A stretch of DNA of 32,000 nucleotides from contig NZ_CP032551.1 of assembly GCF_009734345.1 (NCBI RefSeq), positions 1,950,001 through 1,982,000 of the forward strand, read 5' to 3'. Each line of letters begins with the position of its first letter. The stretch's first letter is position 1. Position numbers and translations under genes: made by a program. This document shows, piece after piece, positions 8,677 to 16,727 of the stretch. The notes below the pieces were generated by a model, which did not search any database, was not told the DNA's origin, and saw only the letters and a program-made list of their open reading frames with translations. This DNA comes from Pseudidiomarina andamanensis. GTDB taxonomy: Bacteria; Pseudomonadota; Gammaproteobacteria; Enterobacterales; Alteromonadaceae.

Positions 8677-9309
8677 ATGGGTTTACGTATTGGCGATATC
8701 GCACCTAACTTTAAAATTGAAACCACTAAAGGTGAAATTGATTTTCATGAGTGGTCAAAAGGCTCTTGGGTATTCTTTTTCAGTCACCCAGCGGATTACA
8801 CCCCAGTGTGTACCACTGAAATGGGTCGTACTTCACAATTAGCTGGTGAGTTCGAGAAACGTGGCGTGAAGCCTTTGGGCCTTTCTACAGATACAGTTGA
8901 AGAGCACTTAGGTTGGATCAACGATGTGAATGAAACGCAAAACACCAACCTGCAATTTCCAATTGTCGCCGACAAAGACAAGAAGGTAGCAGCGTTGTAT
9001 GAAATGATTCACCCAGGCGAAAGCGAGACTGCTGCGGTGCGTTCAGTGTTCATCATTGACCCGAACCACAAGATTCGCTTAACCATGACTTATCCAATGA
9101 GCGTTGGTCGTAACTTCACCGAAATCTTGCGGGTTATTGACGCACTGCAAACCGGCGACCAGTTCGGTGTTGCTTGCCCAGCCGATTGGCAAGTGGGTGG
9201 CGATGTGATCATCCCACCAAGCGTGTCGATGGAAGATGCGGAGAAAAAATTCCCGCAAGGTTTTAAAACTGTGAAGCCTTATTTGCGTTACACTAGCGTA
9301 AACAAATAA
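8677..9309 (+). CDS. 1-Cys peroxiredoxin (Prx6 type)
   Basis: 210 aa. FSHPADYTPVCTTE peroxidatic-Cys motif. Length and C-terminal domain fit the Prx6 subgroup. AAGAGG RBS. Confidence 0.92.
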   Translation: MGLRIGDIAPNFKIETTKGEIDFHEWSKGSWVFFFSHPADYTPVCTTEMGRTSQLAGEFEKRGVKPLGLSTDTVEEHLGWINDVNETQNTNLQFPIVADKDKKVAALYEMIHPGESETAAVRSVFIIDPNHKIRLTMTYPMSVGRNFTEILRVIDALQTGDQFGVACPADWQVGGDVIIPPSVSMEDAEKKFPQGFKTVKPYLRYTSVNK

Positions 9310-9323
9310 CCTTCAACCGATGA

Positions 9324-9926
9324 ATGATTGCGACTGCTTACTCAACAGATTTTGATACGTTATTACCCGCGCTTGAGGCATGGGTAACTGACGCTGAGCG
9401 AGAAGCGTCGCAAGCTTACCGACAAGAGTCACGCCAACAGCAATTTCTTGCTGGGCGTGGCTTATTACGTTGGCTTGTCTGCAGTACTTGGCATTGTGCT
9501 GCTGGCGCTGTGTCGATAACCCGTCAAGAAAATGGTGCGCCGTTACTATCCGTCGGCGGACTGAATTGGCAATGCTCAATTAGTCATACCAAAGGCGCTG
9601 TATTAGTCGCTGCAAGCCCTGAATACGTGGTTGGCGTAGACGTCGAGCGTATTAAACCGCGTAAGCGTTTGGCTGAACTTGTCGCCAATTACCAAGATGG
9701 TTTTTTTGCTGACTTATCTGCTGAACATTGGCAACAGTTTTTTGAACGTTGGACGCTTGCTGAGGCGGTGACAAAGGCCGAGCAGGGGCTTCTTTTACAA
9801 ACGCTCAAACGACCAGTTGCGAACTATCAAACTGATGCAACACATGAGCATCACAATGACTTTATGCTGTGCTGTTACACGCCTAAATTTAACGAATCAG
9901 TCACTTTTCAACGCTTTCCCACTTAA
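9324..9926 (+). CDS. 4'-phosphopantetheinyl transferase (Sfp/EntD type)
   Basis: 200 aa. SISHTKG, VGVDVERIKP (G.D.E) and WTLAEAVTKA (W..KEA..K) motifs. Confidence 0.8.
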   Translation: MIATAYSTDFDTLLPALEAWVTDAEREASQAYRQESRQQQFLAGRGLLRWLVCSTWHCAAGAVSITRQENGAPLLSVGGLNWQCSISHTKGAVLVAASPEYVVGVDVERIKPRKRLAELVANYQDGFFADLSAEHWQQFFERWTLAEAVTKAEQGLLLQTLKRPVANYQTDATHEHHNDFMLCCYTPKFNESVTFQRFPT

Positions 9927-9987
9927 GCCTTCAATGGTAATCTTGCTTTCATAATTTTTGACATTAATTGCCACTAACGAGAGCGCC

Positions 9988-10668
9988 ATGACCCCAGAAC
10001 AAGCAAAGCAATTGGTTGAAATGCAAATTGCATTTAACCAAGTCATCGATCCGTCTTATCCGGAAAATCCACAAGTAAAACGCGACGACGTGAAAGCAAT
10101 TTTGGTCGAACTTGGCGAGTATTTTGAGCATACAGCTTACAAATGGTGGAAGAAGCAATCAGCCGATTGGGCGCAAGCCAATATGGAGCTTATCGATATT
10201 TTGCATTTCGCGATATCTGATGCGGTCGAAAATGCTTGTGCGCGTGGTTTGAATCATGAACAAGCGGCAGAAGAAGTCGCTGCGCTGGTTCTCCAGGGTG
10301 CTACCGGCGGGGCAACTATTGACGATGGAAAAGAAATCATCGTTGCGCTTGCGAACGATGGTGATGCGAACAAGGCGCTACAATGCGGAACCTCATTTTT
10401 CGCGACTTTATTTGCGGCGCTGATTGACGCTTATGGTGACGCGAACACCGTTTACCTAACTTATATTGGTAAAAATGCCCTGAATAATTTGCGTCAACAA
10501 CGCGGTTATAAGCAGGGCACTTACATTAAAATGTGGCAAGGCCGTGAAGATAATGAAGTGATGATGGAGCTGTTAGAGGCGCATGAAGAAGCAATTATCA
10601 ACGCTCCTCAACCGTTACAGCAAGCGCAGCAATTACTGCTGAGTCACTACGACGAGCAAGTCGCTTAA
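9988..10668 (+). CDS. dimeric (all-alpha) dUTPase-like / MazG-like NTP pyrophosphohydrolase family protein
   Basis: The ORF track starts at TTG 9958. I prefer ATG 9988 (MTPEQAK...). ELGEYFEHTAYKWWKK and ELIDILHFAIS resemble the dUTPase_2 family metal-binding helices. Assignment is from memory of the family. Confidence 0.55.
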   Translation: MTPEQAKQLVEMQIAFNQVIDPSYPENPQVKRDDVKAILVELGEYFEHTAYKWWKKQSADWAQANMELIDILHFAISDAVENACARGLNHEQAAEEVAALVLQGATGGATIDDGKEIIVALANDGDANKALQCGTSFFATLFAALIDAYGDANTVYLTYIGKNALNNLRQQRGYKQGTYIKMWQGREDNEVMMELLEAHEEAIINAPQPLQQAQQLLLSHYDEQVA

Positions 10669-11582
10669 GGCGCCTTGATAAAGCGCAGCAACGTTTCGCC
10701 GTTGTTGCGCAATTGCAACGTGTTCCCATTATCACCCACTTCGAAACGGGTCACTTGCTCAAGAGCTTCAAATAGCTTTTGCTCGGCTGACATTTGTTCT
10801 GGCGAACACATCATTTTAGTGGCGGCTAACGGGTTAAAGCTGAGCCCCTCACCAGTTAATTGATAGTTACCTTGATAACGGTTGCAACCACTGTAACCAA
10901 ATACTGAATTGTCACTCATAAACTGAATGGTCGGCGGCTTCTCAAGCGCACTCGCGTGTAATTGCCATGATGCGCCTGAAATGAGTCGCCGCGGTTCTCC
11001 CGCGCAGCCTCCCAAAGTTGTTTCACCACGGATTAACTGAGCGGTGTACGGATGCGGCATACCGGACATGGAATCGCGACAGATATTATCGGAAATTTCC
11101 AGTAATTCGTCTGAACGCAACTCAATTTTCCAGACATTTTGGGTTGTATCATCGCGTCGAGAAATTGCTATTTTGGGATAATCACGATCACCGGAAGGTT
11201 GGCGGAGTGATGCGCTATGGTCGTTGACATGTACTAGCCAAAATGGCTCATTGCCACGCGCACTAAATTGTTGCGGAAGTTGTGCTTTGTCGATGCATAG
11301 CGGATACGGTTGCCCAGCGATAGTTAACTGTGCTTGTGCGCCTTTGTTCCAAAACTCCAGCTCCTGCTTTTGATTAACGTAAAGCGCCCCGGATGCGCTC
11401 GTTTTTGCGCCGAGCGCAACTTGCTGGTCTCCGAACCGAAGTTCAACTTGTTGTTCGGAGTAGTTTGCTTCTACATCAAGCGCACCGCAACCGTACACAA
11501 CAGTCGTCGACTGCGGTGCGCTATCACAACCGGTTAAAACAATAATGCTACCAAGCGCTGATAAAACATGGATCAAACGCAT
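10665..11582 (-). CDS. lipoprotein with MliC-like N-terminal domain and C-terminal META (HslJ-like) domain
   Basis: ATG at 11582 follows GAAGGA-N7, whereas the track starts at GTG 11597. MRLIHVLSALGSIIVLTGC contains a lipobox. The C-terminal FGYSGCNRYQGNYQLTGEGLSFNPLAATKMMC...L.ALEQVTRFEV is a META-domain signature. Confidence 0.75.
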   Translation of the reverse strand: MRLIHVLSALGSIIVLTGCDSAPQSTTVVYGCGALDVEANYSEQQVELRFGDQQVALGAKTSASGALYVNQKQELEFWNKGAQAQLTIAGQPYPLCIDKAQLPQQFSARGNEPFWLVHVNDHSASLRQPSGDRDYPKIAISRRDDTTQNVWKIELRSDELLEISDNICRDSMSGMPHPYTAQLIRGETTLGGCAGEPRRLISGASWQLHASALEKPPTIQFMSDNSVFGYSGCNRYQGNYQLTGEGLSFNPLAATKMMCSPEQMSAEQKLFEALEQVTRFEVGDNGNTLQLRNNGETLLRFIKAP

Positions 11583-11653
11583 CTTAGAATCCTTCACTTA
11601 ATTGACGCCCAGGTTACCTCTTGTGACCGTATTTCAAGTGAATGATTCCATTT

Positions 11654-12106
11654 TTAATAATCATCATTATCGTCTTTTTTGTCTTTGTTCTTCCGCTTAT
11701 CATTTTCTTTCATGCGATCTTTCATCGCTTTAGCACGATCTTTTTCTGATTTCTCCATTTGCTTGTAGGCTTCGCGCTCTTCCTTGTGCATTTCGCGCAT
11801 CATTTCCATTTCTTCTTTGTGCATGTCGCGCAGCGCTTTCTCTTCTTCCTTATGAATTTCGCGTAAGCGCTTGCTGTCTTCTTTCATCATTTCAGCTTGC
11901 GCCTTACGATCATGCTTCATCATCTCCATGTCTGCCTTGCGTTGTTCACGCATGGCTTCCATTTCTGCTAATCGCGCTTCGCGGTGTTGCTCATCCATCA
12001 TTTTGGTTTGCTCGCGCGCCTGCTCAGAAGCTTGGCTTTGCTGTGCCATAACTGATGAAGAAAGTATTGCCATTACAATAAAAACTGAAAGTTTAACGTA
12101 GTTCAT
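11654..12106 (-). CDS. secreted Met/His/Lys/Glu-rich protein built of 11-residue repeats (function unknown)
   Basis: ATG 12106 lies 8 nt after GGAG; the track starts at TTG 12112. Signal peptide MNYVKLSVFIVMAILSSSVMA. The mature part is about 9 tandem 11-aa units, e.g. LREIHKEEEKA / LRDMHKEEMEM / MREMHKEEREA. Acidic/basic tail KRKNKDKKDDNDDY. Confidence 0.7.
   Translation of the reverse strand: MNYVKLSVFIVMAILSSSVMAQQSQASEQAREQTKMMDEQHREARLAEMEAMREQRKADMEMMKHDRKAQAEMMKEDSKRLREIHKEEEKALRDMHKEEMEMMREMHKEEREAYKQMEKSEKDRAKAMKDRMKENDKRKNKDKKDDNDDY
11714..12016 (-). repeat. 33-nt (11-codon) periodic coding repeat inside the Met/His-rich gene
   Basis: The M/H position recurs at residues 41, 52, 63, 74, 85, 96, 107, 118 and 129 of the protein. 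At the DNA level, TTCTT(C/T)TTTGTGCAT(G/T)TCGCGCA-like units are visible on the + strand. Confidence 0.8.
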
Positions 12107-12277
12107 GATCAATTCTCCGTAATTTCAGGCCATCCAAATTGCTTCGTGAGTATAGTTCAACTTTTACATAACAAATTGGAGATTTACGCTTTCTTGATAT
12201 GAGTCGGGTATTTTCTTTCCTTTGAGCGATCTATTGACTACTTTATTTAGTAATAACTTAAAAACATCGGAGGCTTT

Positions 12278-12460
12278 ATGGTCAACGTCGGAACACCTGA
12301 TCGGATTATTCGAATTATCATTGGAATCGCACTCATTGCGTGGAGCGTTTCTGCGGGAAATCTTTGGTGGATTCTTGGTGCCGTGGTTCTTGCCACTGGA
12401 ATCTTCCGTTTCTGTGGTTTGTATAAAGTATTGGGTATTAACACCTGTTCAGTAAAATGA
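12278..12460 (+). CDS. DUF2892 (YgaP-like membrane domain) small protein
   Basis: 60 aa. MVNVGTPDRIIRIIIGIALIAW....LGAVVLATGIFRFCGLYKVLGINTC is the family pattern. GGAGG lies 5 nt upstream of the ATG. Confidence 0.85.
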   Translation: MVNVGTPDRIIRIIIGIALIAWSVSAGNLWWILGAVVLATGIFRFCGLYKVLGINTCSVK

Positions 12461-12485
12461 GTTGGTTCAAGGAGAATGCAGTTCC

Positions 12486-13145
12486 ATGTTTAATATGGAT
12501 TTCTCACAACGTGTTGTGATTCGAAGCGCTGAGCTTGATTGGGTCAAAAGTCCAGCCGGTGGTGTGTTGCGTAAGCCGCTTGAACGCGAAGAAGCAGAGC
12601 GCGGTCGCGCAACAAGCATTGTGAAGTACGAGCCTGGCGCTTCGTTTCAAACCCACGAACACCCGTTAGGCGAAGAAATTTTTGTGCTCGATGGCGTATT
12701 TTCAGATGAGCATGGTGATTACCCTGCTGGTACTTATATTCGTAACCCACCGGGCTCCTCGCATGCCCCATATAGCGAACAAGGTTGTACGTTGTTCGTC
12801 AAACTTCACCAATTTTCTGGTACTGATAAACAAGTGGTGCGTATTGATACCAACACTACGCCATGGCTTCCGGGTCAAGGACGGCTGCAGGTTATGCCGT
12901 TATATAGCCATGAAACTGAACATTGTGCGTTGGTCAAATGGCCTGCCGGAGAAGTGTTTAAACCGCATCGGCATTTCGGCGGTGAGGAAATTTTGGTGTT
13001 AAGTGGCGAGTTTATTGACGAGCACGGACGCTATCCAGCCGGAACATGGCTGCGCAGCCCGCACATGAGTACGCATACGCCGTTAGTTGAGCAAGAAACA
13101 ATCATCTACGTAAAAACTGGTCACTTACCGTTGTCACCAACCTAA
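12486..13145 (+). CDS. bicupin protein with two ChrR-type (cupin_7) modules, no anti-sigma (ZAS) domain
   Basis: The track starts at TTG 12462. ATG 12486 (MFNMDF) follows AAGGAG, so the start is uncertain. Module 1: SIVKYEPGASFQTHEHPLGEEIFVLDGVFSDEHGDYPAGTYIRNPPGSSH. Module 2: ALVKWPAGEVFKPHRHFGGEEILVLSGEFIDEHGRYPAGTWLRSPHMSTH. Confidence 0.72.
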   Translation: MFNMDFSQRVVIRSAELDWVKSPAGGVLRKPLEREEAERGRATSIVKYEPGASFQTHEHPLGEEIFVLDGVFSDEHGDYPAGTYIRNPPGSSHAPYSEQGCTLFVKLHQFSGTDKQVVRIDTNTTPWLPGQGRLQVMPLYSHETEHCALVKWPAGEVFKPHRHFGGEEILVLSGEFIDEHGRYPAGTWLRSPHMSTHTPLVEQETIIYVKTGHLPLSPT

Positions 13146-14270
13146 AATACGTGGCCAAATTTCGCGTTGATGTTGCGTGGTCTCAACCACGTAATGTTGA
13201 TGCATGGCCGCGGTGGCACAAGCGTGGTTTGGCAACACACGCAATTGAGTGCCGATAGGGAAGTCTTGCACAGTGTAGTCATTGGGTAGGGCAATGACCC
13301 CATGCTCTTGGTTGACCTTGGTAACGCAAACATTTTCTAATGGTATGCCGTTTTTGTCGCAGACAAGGCCATAGCCAAAGTCCTTGTGTTGTGACGCGGT
13401 GCCACGGTCGCGTGACAGTGCCATCCAACCGGCATCGACTAAGACCCAATTCTTATCTGCGTTATGGCCAATAACAGTTGTCACAACCGACATGGCGATA
13501 TCGTTAAGAGTGCAAACGCCAAGATTATACATCACCAGATCAAATGTGGTGTACACGCCAGCACGAACTTCGGTGATATTGCTTAGATCTTCGGCGAAAT
13601 GTGCGGTTGGTGTCGAGCCAACGCTCAGAATTGGGCAATCCATACCGAGCTGACGAATTTGCGCCGCGGCTTGGCGGATTGCCGCACACTCTTGTTCTGC
13701 AGCATGCACAATTTCTGCGGTGGTTGTTGCGTCATAAGAGCCACCAGAATGTGACATAACACCGGTAACACGCATACCATTGTCGTGAAGTACTTGGGCT
13801 ATATGACCAATTAGGGGGCTGTGCGGCGGTAGTCCGCCGCGATGGTCATCGCAATCAATTTCAATGAACACAGAAAACGAAACGCCATGTTTTCGACCGT
13901 AGTCGATGACCACTTGGGCTTGCGCTATGCTATCGAGCAAAATGTGTAATTGAACACCGCGCTCCAGAAGGGCTCGAACTCTGTCGAGTTTGTTCGCGCT
14001 GATGCCAACGGCATAAAGCAAGTTGGTATAACCCGCATCGGCAAACGCCTCTGCTTCAGCTAATGTCGATACTGTTGCCGGAGACGACAGTGTCGGCAAG
14101 ATATAGCGTGCGGCATCTACAGAACGTAAGGTTTTGAGATGCGGCCGCAGATGACACCCAAGCGCCGAAATATGTTTTTGTAATCGCTCAACATTGGTCA
14201 AAAAACGCTGTTGGTCGATTAATAAAAAAGGCGTTTGTTCAGTTTCAAGCCACGGCACAACATCAGTCAT
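13134..14270 (-). CDS. DSD1 / D-threonine-aldolase-family PLP enzyme (alanine-racemase-N fold)
   Basis: 378 aa. LRPHLKT carries the PLP lysine motif. Also MSHSGGSY, SVGSTPT, and the C-terminal LRVLPNHACATAAMH....V. Confidence 0.82.
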   Translation of the reverse strand: MTDVVPWLETEQTPFLLIDQQRFLTNVERLQKHISALGCHLRPHLKTLRSVDAARYILPTLSSPATVSTLAEAEAFADAGYTNLLYAVGISANKLDRVRALLERGVQLHILLDSIAQAQVVIDYGRKHGVSFSVFIEIDCDDHRGGLPPHSPLIGHIAQVLHDNGMRVTGVMSHSGGSYDATTTAEIVHAAEQECAAIRQAAAQIRQLGMDCPILSVGSTPTAHFAEDLSNITEVRAGVYTTFDLVMYNLGVCTLNDIAMSVVTTVIGHNADKNWVLVDAGWMALSRDRGTASQHKDFGYGLVCDKNGIPLENVCVTKVNQEHGVIALPNDYTVQDFPIGTQLRVLPNHACATAAMHQHYVVETTQHQREIWPRILGW

Positions 14271-14299
14271 GGATACAACCTATCTATCATCAAAAATGG

Positions 14300-14758
14300 T
14301 TACGAAGATAACTCCGACGTACAAGCTGGGCAGCGTTTTGCCGCTAGCGGAATACTTGTTGCACAAAACTCACAGGTTTTTGTGGTAACCGGCGCAGGCT
14401 CTTCTTTGGTGCGCATGCTGTTCATACCTTTAACCAGCCAAAATACTGCGAATGCAACAATGATAAAGCTGATGGTGTTGGTAATAAATAATCCGTAATT
14501 CACTGTCACCGCACCGGCGGCTTGTGCGTCAGCAAGGGCGACATAAGGGCCTGGATTTTCAACACCGGCACGCAATACAACAAACATATCGGTGAAATCG
14601 ACACCACCAAGCAATAAGCCAATGGGTGGCATAATAATGTCGGCGACAAAGCTCTTTACAATTGTACTAAAGGCGCCGCCAATAATAATACCTACAGCCA
14701 TATCAACAACATTACCTTTCATGGCAAATTTTTTGAATTCATTCAACATAATCGTCAT
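14300..14758 (-). CDS. mscL: large-conductance mechanosensitive channel MscL with C-terminal CxxC-X10-CxxC extension
   Basis: 152 aa. [46 protein letters not shown] is near-identical in pattern to E. coli MscL. The tail is [19 protein letters not shown]. Confidence 0.93.
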   Translation of the reverse strand: MTIMLNEFKKFAMKGNVVDMAVGIIIGGAFSTIVKSFVADIIMPPIGLLLGGVDFTDMFVVLRAGVENPGPYVALADAQAAGAVTVNYGLFITNTISFIIVAFAVFWLVKGMNSMRTKEEPAPVTTKTCEFCATSIPLAAKRCPACTSELSS

Positions 14759-14844
14759 CTCACTGTAATGAGCCGTAACCCATTGTTGCGGCTGTGTTAT
14801 ATGTTATAGACGATAATCATGAGAAAAGATATGTTCAAGCGAGG

Positions 14845-15876
14845 TTACACTTTGCGCTTGAACACGAGCTTTTTCTGGAAGCCATAACTGAGTAGAAAAA
14901 CAGTAACTTCGGCGATAGGTTTTCCAATAAAGGGCGACAAACCAATGGCATAGAATGATTTGGTGAGTAGGTAATTAGCGAGCACTAGCACAATGGCGAG
15001 TGTCGTATATTTCGCCGCATCTCTAGCAAGCGAACTCCCTTTACCGAATACCCATTGTCTGTTGAGGGTGAAGTTAAAAATACCTGAAACAAATCGTGCA
15101 GATGCTATTGCTAATAAAATTTCACCAGTGAAGCCATACACCAGTGCGAATAAGCCGTAGTCTAAGCCGGCTGATGCCATGCCGACACCAGCAAACTTTA
15201 GAAATTTCTTATAGATAATCGCGGAGTCTTGCAGCGGTCGAAAGTGACTGCTGGCATTGCCGTGTTCATAAACGGTCGTGATTGCGACCGAGCGAAATGG
15301 AACGTCTTCCTGCTTCGCTAGAATCAACATATCAAGTTCAAACTCATAGCGATCGCTTGGCGTACGAACCAACGCATTTAACAATTGAATAGGAATGCCA
15401 CGTAATCCGGTTTGGGTATCTGGAATATTGATGCGTAACCCAAGGCGAAAGGTATAACGAGCAAAAGTATTACCAAGCCATGAACGAAACGGAATACCTT
15501 GTCGTTTGAAATTGCGACTGCCAAGCCAAAGCTCTTCAGGATGCTGAGCAAATTCTTCAAGCACCCGAATGATATCCTTCGGTAAATGCTGGCCATCCGC
15601 ATCGGCTGTTATTGCGCCGAGGCTGTTTGGTCTATTATCGAGTATCCACTGAAAACCAGTTTTCAGCGCTGCACCTTTGCCTCGATTTTCGTCATGCGTT
15701 ATTACATGCAAATAGCTAACTTTTGGCAGTCGGGAAAACACCTCATCGGTTGCGCTACCGTCATTGATAATAACAATGCTGTCATAGTGTTGGCGTGATT
15801 GCTGCAGCGATTCAATTAACTGTAGCAATTCTCCATCTGGATTATATGCAGGAATAACTATGACTGGCTTTGGCAC
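14845..15876 (-). CDS. family-2 glycosyltransferase fused to a GtrA-like 4-TM domain
   Basis: 343 aa. VIVIPAYNP, INDGS and ADADGQH (GT-A DxD region). The C-terminal roughly 120 aa (FLKFAGVGMASAGLDYGLFALVY ... NRQWVF) is GtrA-like. Confidence 0.85.
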   Translation of the reverse strand: MPKPVIVIPAYNPDGELLQLIESLQQSRQHYDSIVIINDGSATDEVFSRLPKVSYLHVITHDENRGKGAALKTGFQWILDNRPNSLGAITADADGQHLPKDIIRVLEEFAQHPEELWLGSRNFKRQGIPFRSWLGNTFARYTFRLGLRINIPDTQTGLRGIPIQLLNALVRTPSDRYEFELDMLILAKQEDVPFRSVAITTVYEHGNASSHFRPLQDSAIIYKKFLKFAGVGMASAGLDYGLFALVYGFTGEILLAIASARFVSGIFNFTLNRQWVFGKGSSLARDAAKYTTLAIVLVLANYLLTKSFYAIGLSPFIGKPIAEVTVFLLSYGFQKKLVFKRKV

Positions 15877-15961
15877 AAAGTCCTCGTCCTTCGGTTTGTG
15901 GTTCTAAAGATAATGACCACAAATCGAAGTGAGCGCAATATAAGAGATGTTAATCGATGGA

Positions 15962-16612
15962 TTATTCAGCAGATTCGCTGAGATACTTATCAATCACATT
16001 GGTAATGCTTTTATCCATCGGCTCTATTTTGCTTGGAAAGCTTGTGACTTGTTTGCCATCTGCTGAAACGATGTATTTATGGAAGTTCCAACCTGGCGCC
16101 TGCTCAGTCGCTTGAGTCAATGCTTTAAAAATTGCATTAGCTTCGTCGCCTTTTACTGGCGTAGTCGCCATCATTGGGAAGGTGACGCCGAAATTAACGA
16201 AACAAACCGTTGCTGTTTCTTCCTCGTCATTGTGCTCTTGGCGAAATGAGTCTGACGGGAAGCCTAAAATGACGAAGTCTTCATCTTTGTAGGTTTGGTA
16301 AAGCTCTTCAAGCCCCTCAAACTGGCCTGTATAACCGCATTTGCTCGCCGTGTTGACCACCATCACGACGCGATTCTCAGTCAGTTCGCAGAGGTTGTGA
16401 TTATCCTTCGAATGCAATGCTCGCATGCTATGGTCGAACGTCGCTAAACATCCTTTATCTGTCGCTACAAAGCTCTGCGCTGCTCGCTGAGCTGTGGCGA
16501 CTTCTTGCTGCGTGCCACCCGCAACCGCAGAGAATAAAGTTACACCAGCAACACCCGCTGCAGCTATAAGCGCAACGCGCTTGCCTATTTTAGATTGAAC
16601 CGGTTGCTTCAT
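15962..16612 (-). CDS. glutathione peroxidase-family (Cys-type) protein with N-terminal signal/anchor extension
   Basis: 216 aa. VVNTASKCGYTGQFEGLEELY, ILGFPSDSFRQE and WNFHKY are GPx motifs. The first roughly 35 aa contain a hydrophobic segment (VALIAAAGVAGVTLFSAVAGG). Confidence 0.88.
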   Translation of the reverse strand: MKQPVQSKIGKRVALIAAAGVAGVTLFSAVAGGTQQEVATAQRAAQSFVATDKGCLATFDHSMRALHSKDNHNLCELTENRVVMVVNTASKCGYTGQFEGLEELYQTYKDEDFVILGFPSDSFRQEHNDEEETATVCFVNFGVTFPMMATTPVKGDEANAIFKALTQATEQAPGWNFHKYIVSADGKQVTSFPSKIEPMDKSITNVIDKYLSESAE

Positions 16613-16727
16613 AATGAAAGCTCCACAACAAATTGATAATAGATGAACGTCAAAGCACGACGTTATTCAATGAATAGCGACTTTATGCCAAAAACGATCA
16701 CTTCGTGACGCATCAACAACGATTTAG

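Noticed and set aside
12222-12455. 77-aa (+) and 65-aa (-) ORFs overlapping the DUF2892 gene.
   Set aside because: The 60-aa frame (12278-12460) has a GGAGG RBS and the DUF2892 signature. The alternatives have neither.
15895-15923. TTTGTGGT-N13-ACCACAAA perfect 8-bp inverted repeat between the GPx and GT2-GtrA genes.
   Set aside because: No U-tract follows on the transcribed (minus) strand, so it is not a convincing intrinsic terminator. It is noted only as context in the five-gene-string finding.
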